The notes under the pieces: generated by a model
Database searches by the model: none
What the model saw: the letters and a program-made list of their open reading frames with translations, nothing else
What the model was told of the DNA's origin: nothing
Part shown: positions 58,017-64,000 of the stretch, one piece after another
Numbering within the stretch: position 1 is the stretch's first letter
Layout: every line of letters starts with the position of its first letter
DNA from: Chrysomallon squamiferum
Lineage: Eukaryota > Animalia > Mollusca
Direction of reading: 5' to 3'
Length of the DNA: 64,000 nt
NCBI GenBank assembly: GCA_012295275.1
Contig: CM022676.1
Span: 5,828,001-5,892,000 of the forward strand
Position numbers and translations under genes: made by a program

Positions 58017-58809
58017 ATGCACACATAAATAATAATAATTTACAAATAAAGCAAACAATAATATAAATAAATAAATAAAATGATGATGATAATTTACATT
58101 ATCGCATTATAAATTCTATTAGAATACAAACAAATAAATTATATTTTAAAATGATTTAATAGATTAGTTTTTAAATTCTTAATACAGTTTTCATTTTTAT
58201 CATCAGATTTATCTGCTTTATGATTATTATTATTATTTTTATTATTATTTTATATTTTTTTAAATTTTTTAACAATTATAGATAATGCATTAAAGAAAGA
58301 TGTAATTAAGATTAACCTGCGAAGAACACTTCGCACAAGAAAGTTCAGATTGTTCCCCCCCCCCAGCAGGAAATCGTTTCAGGGTACAAAAACGTCAGGT
58401 CGTAAACTTTTGAAAATTTTTGTCAAGCTTTATTACCAATAAATTCAATGAAGTTTATAAATCATGAATAGGTCAGCAGTTCAGCCTGCATGCACTGAGT
58501 TATTAACTACTTGTGCAGAAATAGACATGGCCTCCATAACTCAATTCCATGTAACCTGTGACATGTGAATGGGTTGTAAAACAGAAACTGACCCAACACC
58601 AGACCGTTGTGTTGTTCGGTGCATGTCTGGGGAAGAAAAATGTTTGTTGAAGTTTTGTTATGGGCTGGAGATGTTTTTATCTGCAGGTGAATATGGTTTA
58701 TGGGTTTGTAATGGTGGCAGCGAAGTGTAGATGAAAAATAATATGGTGTGAAAATGTTTACAGGTTAAAGAAAAAAAAACGTATATCTGATTGTACTAAA
58801 ATGCATATA

Positions 58810-58874
58810 TACAGCAACACAAACACAACACAAACACAAACACAAACACATTACACAAACATAAACACAAACAC

Positions 58875-58908
<34 letters not shown>

Positions 58909-59110
58909 TACATACATACATACATACTTATGTACATATGTAATACACACATACACAGACACACACGTACATACTTATATATATATATATATATACATAC
59001 ATACATACATACACATATATTCATACATACACACATACATACAAATGCACATACACACATTCTTACATACACACATACATACATTATTACATATATATAC
59101 ACATACATAT

Positions 59111-59147
<37 letters not shown>

Positions 59148-59190
59148 TACAGACATACATATATCCACACATGTATATCCACATATACAT
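58810..59190. repeat. (CA)/(ACAT) microsatellite block
   Basis: Directly visible. Confidence 0.95.
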
Positions 59191-59519
59191 TTATACATCC
59201 ATTCCCTGAAGACACCTTTCATCTTCCCATTGAATCGCCCTCCTCCCCCACAAAAAGAAACCCTCCCCCCCCCCTCCACCGCCCTCAGGACGCCCTCCAA
59301 CGGGTCAAAGTGTCTCTGTCATCTTCAATTAGCCAGCGACCTTTTGACAACACCTTTAACAAGAAAGGTGAATAAGAAATATGGATGCCAGTTTTAGGAG
59401 AGCAGGTTGAAGAGTGTGGTGATGATGTCACAACAAAATGTAGACAGAGAGATTAGTGTTTGTTTGTAAATTACACAGTCAGGGTGAGACAGATGTCACG
59501 TGTGTGTGTTTTATTAGCC

Positions 59520-60300
<781 letters not shown>

Positions 60301-60659
60301 TGTAAATCTTGTGGGTTTTTTGTTTCTTTTCTTCGCTGTAAATTTATGGAGTTATTTATCACTTACTGACATATTTCTTTCTTTGATATTTCTCTGTAAT
60401 TTTCTTTCTTATTCTGTTTTTCTCTTTTTCTCTCTCTCTCTGTTTGTCTCATACTTTCCTTCACTCTCTATCTGTCTTTCATTTCAGAGAGAGAGAAAGA
60501 GAGATACAACTAGTATAAGAACAAAACAAATGACAATAAAAAATGTAACTTTTATCTAATCTTCATTTTTTTTTTTTTTTTTTTAAATATATATTTTTTT
60601 TTAAATCACAATTTTAATATATCTCATTTCACAAACTGACAGACAGATTATCCAACTTC

Positions 60660-60706
60660 CAGGTATGTGATCTCACCTGTATTCTCAGGTGTGAACCGAC
60701 TACCTG
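60660..60706. promoter_or_regulatory. Tight cluster of four CAGGT(G/A) boxes in alternating orientation (candidate)
   Basis: CAGGTA 60660, CACCTG 60674, CAGGTG 60686, TACCTG 60701. Confidence 0.4.
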
Positions 60707-61216
60707 TATTGTCAAAGAATATCAAACTGTCAAAGTCTTTAGCTTTTTCGTGAAAAAAAAAAAAAAAAATTTAAAAATTAAAAAAGAACAAGAAAAAGAA
60801 ATTCAAAAAATAATAATACATCAAAGTTTCTTTCAAAACGGGGGATGTGAAAGGTTTGAGGAATGTGTGCACATATTTTGGCTCTCAGTTTAGAAGAAGA
60901 AGAAGAAGAAAAAGAAAAAAAAAAAAGGATGTGAAGTTGTTTGAAGTTAAATAACGAAAAGTGGAACAGGTACATTGTCTGACTTTTTGAGTTAATGGAA
61001 ACATAGATGGATGGATGGATGGATGGAAAAAATAGTGTATGTGTTGTTTATGAAAGAAATGATGAAAATATAATGTATATCTTTTCGGTTTTTTTTTTTT
61101 TTCTTTTTCTTACTCTTTCATTGTTTGTGTGAGTGGGTTCTTTGGTGGGTCTGTCTCTGTCTGTCTGTCCCTCTCTGTGTCTCTGTCTCTCTCTCTCTCT
61201 GTCTGTCTCTCTTTCT

Positions 61217-61287
<71 letters not shown>

Positions 61288-61574
61288 GTCCGTCAATCCA
61301 TGTGTGTGAGTGTTTCAGTAGCTCTCCTTTCCTAGGATTCTTTCTCTCTCTTGCTCTTTCATTCTTACTTCTTTATTTCTTCTTGACATTTAACAAGTCG
61401 GAGCTCAGTGCAGTTGAACTGGTAGGTGGTTAGAAACAGATAGACAGATAGACAGACATATGGATGATTACAGGCATATGTACTTATGCACCCACACATG
61501 TGAGAGAGATAGAAGAAAAAAAAAGGAATAAAAAGATACATACCTCCCTAAACATACACCCACACACACACAAA

Positions 61575-61619
<45 letters not shown>

Positions 61620-61811
61620 TCACCTCAAACATTTACACACACATGCATGCATGCATGCACAAACCCACTGCTCAGGTAAATCTATTCATCTGTACATTCT
61701 GTCCACTGATCCATGGATCTGATGATCCATGGCAACACACTTATAACATTTTCATTGTCACAAACCAGACAACAGACACACATCCAATCATTGTGTGTAC
61801 AAAACTGTTAT

Positions 61812-61990
61812 TACCTGCACAAATCACTTAACACACCTGAAACAGACACTTAATCTAATTGTTACCAGAATCCCATCTCATTAACACCTGGATAATCCGC
61901 AGCTGATTAACAGATACAGGTGAGAAATATCGACAGGTGATTTCTAATTAAGGTACACCAAGTTCAGGTACTTTGTCCCTGAACCAGGTG
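61812..61990. promoter_or_regulatory. Candidate enhancer: seven CAGGT(G/A) boxes plus TAATCC and CAGCTG
   Basis: TACCTG 61812, CACCTG 61834 and 61885, CAGGTG 61917, 61934 and 61985, CAGGTA 61965; TAATCC 61893. Confidence 0.45.
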
Positions 61991-62304
61991 AACTCGTTGG
62001 TGTCAAATTGTGAATTATTAATACATTTTTTTTAATCCTCTGAGGATTTTTCTTTTCATTCACTGTGGATCCATTATCCATTCTGTGCGGAACTGCTGTC
62101 CATTCTGTGCAGAACTGCAATTTATTCTCTGCAGACCTGATGTTTATTCTCTGCGGGCCTGTTACTTCATTGTGTGTACAAAAATGTTTTATTGAAAGTA
62201 GTTTGTAACCGAGGCAGATGGTAGTTTGACAAAGAAAGCTCGGTTTCGTTTTCTCTGGGGAGTGTACTGTGATAAGTGAATGGCCATGACATGCGATTTT
62301 ATAT

Positions 62305-62474
62305 GTACATATATACATACATACATACATAGGTACATACATACATACATAGGTACATACATACGTACGTATGTACATACATACACACACACATAGATAC
62401 ATACAGACATACATACACACACACACATAGGTACATACATACATACATACATACATACATACACAGATACATAC

Positions 62475-62539
<65 letters not shown>

Positions 62540-62755
62540 CACACATACATACGTACATACATATATACATACATACACATACATACATACATACACACAT
62601 ACATACATACATACATATACATACATACAAATATACATACATATATACATACATACATATACACACATACGTACGTACGTACATACATATATACATACAT
62701 ACACATACATACATATGTACATACACACACACATACACACATACATATATATATA
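62305..62755. repeat. (ACAT)n microsatellite block
   Basis: Directly visible; source of the 285-aa MYVC ORF. Confidence 0.95.
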
Positions 62756-63684
62756 ATGATATCAGCCTGGGTGTTGTTATATTAAGAATTTTGATAGTCA
62801 ATTCATTTTGATGATTATGTGACGTTTACTGTAAATCTCTCTCTGATATTTTTTTTTAATCTGTGTCTGTTTCTTTATATCTTTCTCTCTTTCTCATTCA
62901 CTGCTTTATTTGTATTTGTCTTTTTGTCTGTCATTCTGTTATTAATCTCTCTTTGGCCCCATCTCTTACTCTCACTTTGTCATCAATTTTATAGTTTCTT
63001 CCTTTGCTTCTTTCTATCATTTCATTTCTGTCACTTTCTCATTCTCTCTTTCTCTTTTTGTTTCTCTTTTTTTCTTTTTTTCTGTCTTATTCTTCCTTTT
63101 CTTTTTTTCTGCCTTCATTTCTTTTTGTCTTTCAGTCTGTCTCCCTTTCTTTTTCCTGTCTTTTTCTTTTCTTCATTTCTCTCTTCCTTTCATCCTTGGT
63201 TCTCTCTTTCTCTCACTCTTACCCTCCCTCTTTCACAAGAAATTCTGGGATACAATCTAACACTAAAGTATCAGGTACTGCCAAAATATTCCACTCTTTT
63301 CTTAAAGAATGTTTGTCTTACATCAACCACCATTTATTCTCTTATCATTATTATTATTATTTATTTATTTTTGAGACATGTATATATTAGTCCTGTTTGA
63401 GCTGTAAAACCAGTGATTTCAGTTGAAGTTCTTAAAACAACACACACTTACCAATAAAGAACAACACACTAGTCTATTCCTGTATCCATTTAAAAAAAAA
63501 AAAAACCCAGTACCTCTATTTTTTTGTTTTATTCTTTTTTTGTAAATTCCTCCATTTTTTTTCAGCGACCCTGCTCACCACATTTTTGTTCTAGTCTTTC
63601 ACAATTATCTCAGGATCAGAAAATCTTGCAATAAGATAACACCATCACCTTGATTCTAAGGTGAAACAAAAAAAAATGTCTATC

Positions 63685-63735
63685 TACCTGAGTCTGACAG
63701 GTGTTTCCAGTTTTACCTGTCAGAGTAGACAGGTG
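63685..63735. promoter_or_regulatory. Cluster of four CAGGT(G/A) boxes, two overlapping TGACAG (TALE-type) sites (candidate)
   Basis: TACCTG 63685, TGACAGGTG 63695, TACCTGTCA 63714, CAGGTG 63730. Confidence 0.4.
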
Positions 63736-63883
63736 TGGTAACATATTGTCTGAACATTTTTATCTTTTGTAATTTGACAGAGGTGAAATCTTAGACATTG
63801 TTTCTGTACCTACCACATACTTTTTGGGAGATTTTGTTTTAAATATGTGTTTTTGTTGTTCTTGTTACGTTTTTTTTATCACA

Positions 63884-63915
<32 letters not shown>

Positions 63916-64000
63916 GTTTCCTCTTAGGTCATGAACTTGCATGTACCTGGGAATAGCTTCTTTTTTTTCTTCAAAGATTTGTTCTTTTATTGTCAGACTT

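Noticed and set aside
61944-62801. 285-aa minus-strand ORF and similar MYVC/HTHT ORFs (12317-12994, 46599-47234, 55231-56126, 58801-59397)
   Set aside because: Dominated by (ACAT)n/(CA)n translation; the non-repeat tails show no protein-like signal.

Overview
AT-rich, microsatellite-saturated animal non-coding DNA (large intron or gene desert). A degenerate tRNA-derived SINE resembling gastropod Meta/MESC-core SINEs suggests a mollusc, but that is inference from memory. No protein-coding gene, rRNA, tRNA gene or CRISPR array is supported. Almost all ORF-track entries are translations of simple repeats. Firm features are a 215-bp Tc1/mariner-type deletion derivative (perfect 28-bp TIRs, TA target duplication, remnant transposase tail 'GGHFEHL'), a ~120-bp satellite family at two loci ~29 kb apart, many minisatellites and local duplications, and SINE remnants. 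The most striking higher-order pattern is roughly 40 short (about 150-500 bp), higher-complexity, motif-dense 'islands' spaced about 1-2 kb apart. Most sit at an A/C-rich to G/T-rich strand-skew flip. Several share a motif grammar: clustered CAGGTG/CAGGTA boxes with TAATCC, a recurrent T(A/T)ATCCAGGT(G/A) composite, triple DR1 arrays, and RFX, YY1/forkhead and CTCF-like sites. All counts were made by eye and all regulatory calls are untested.
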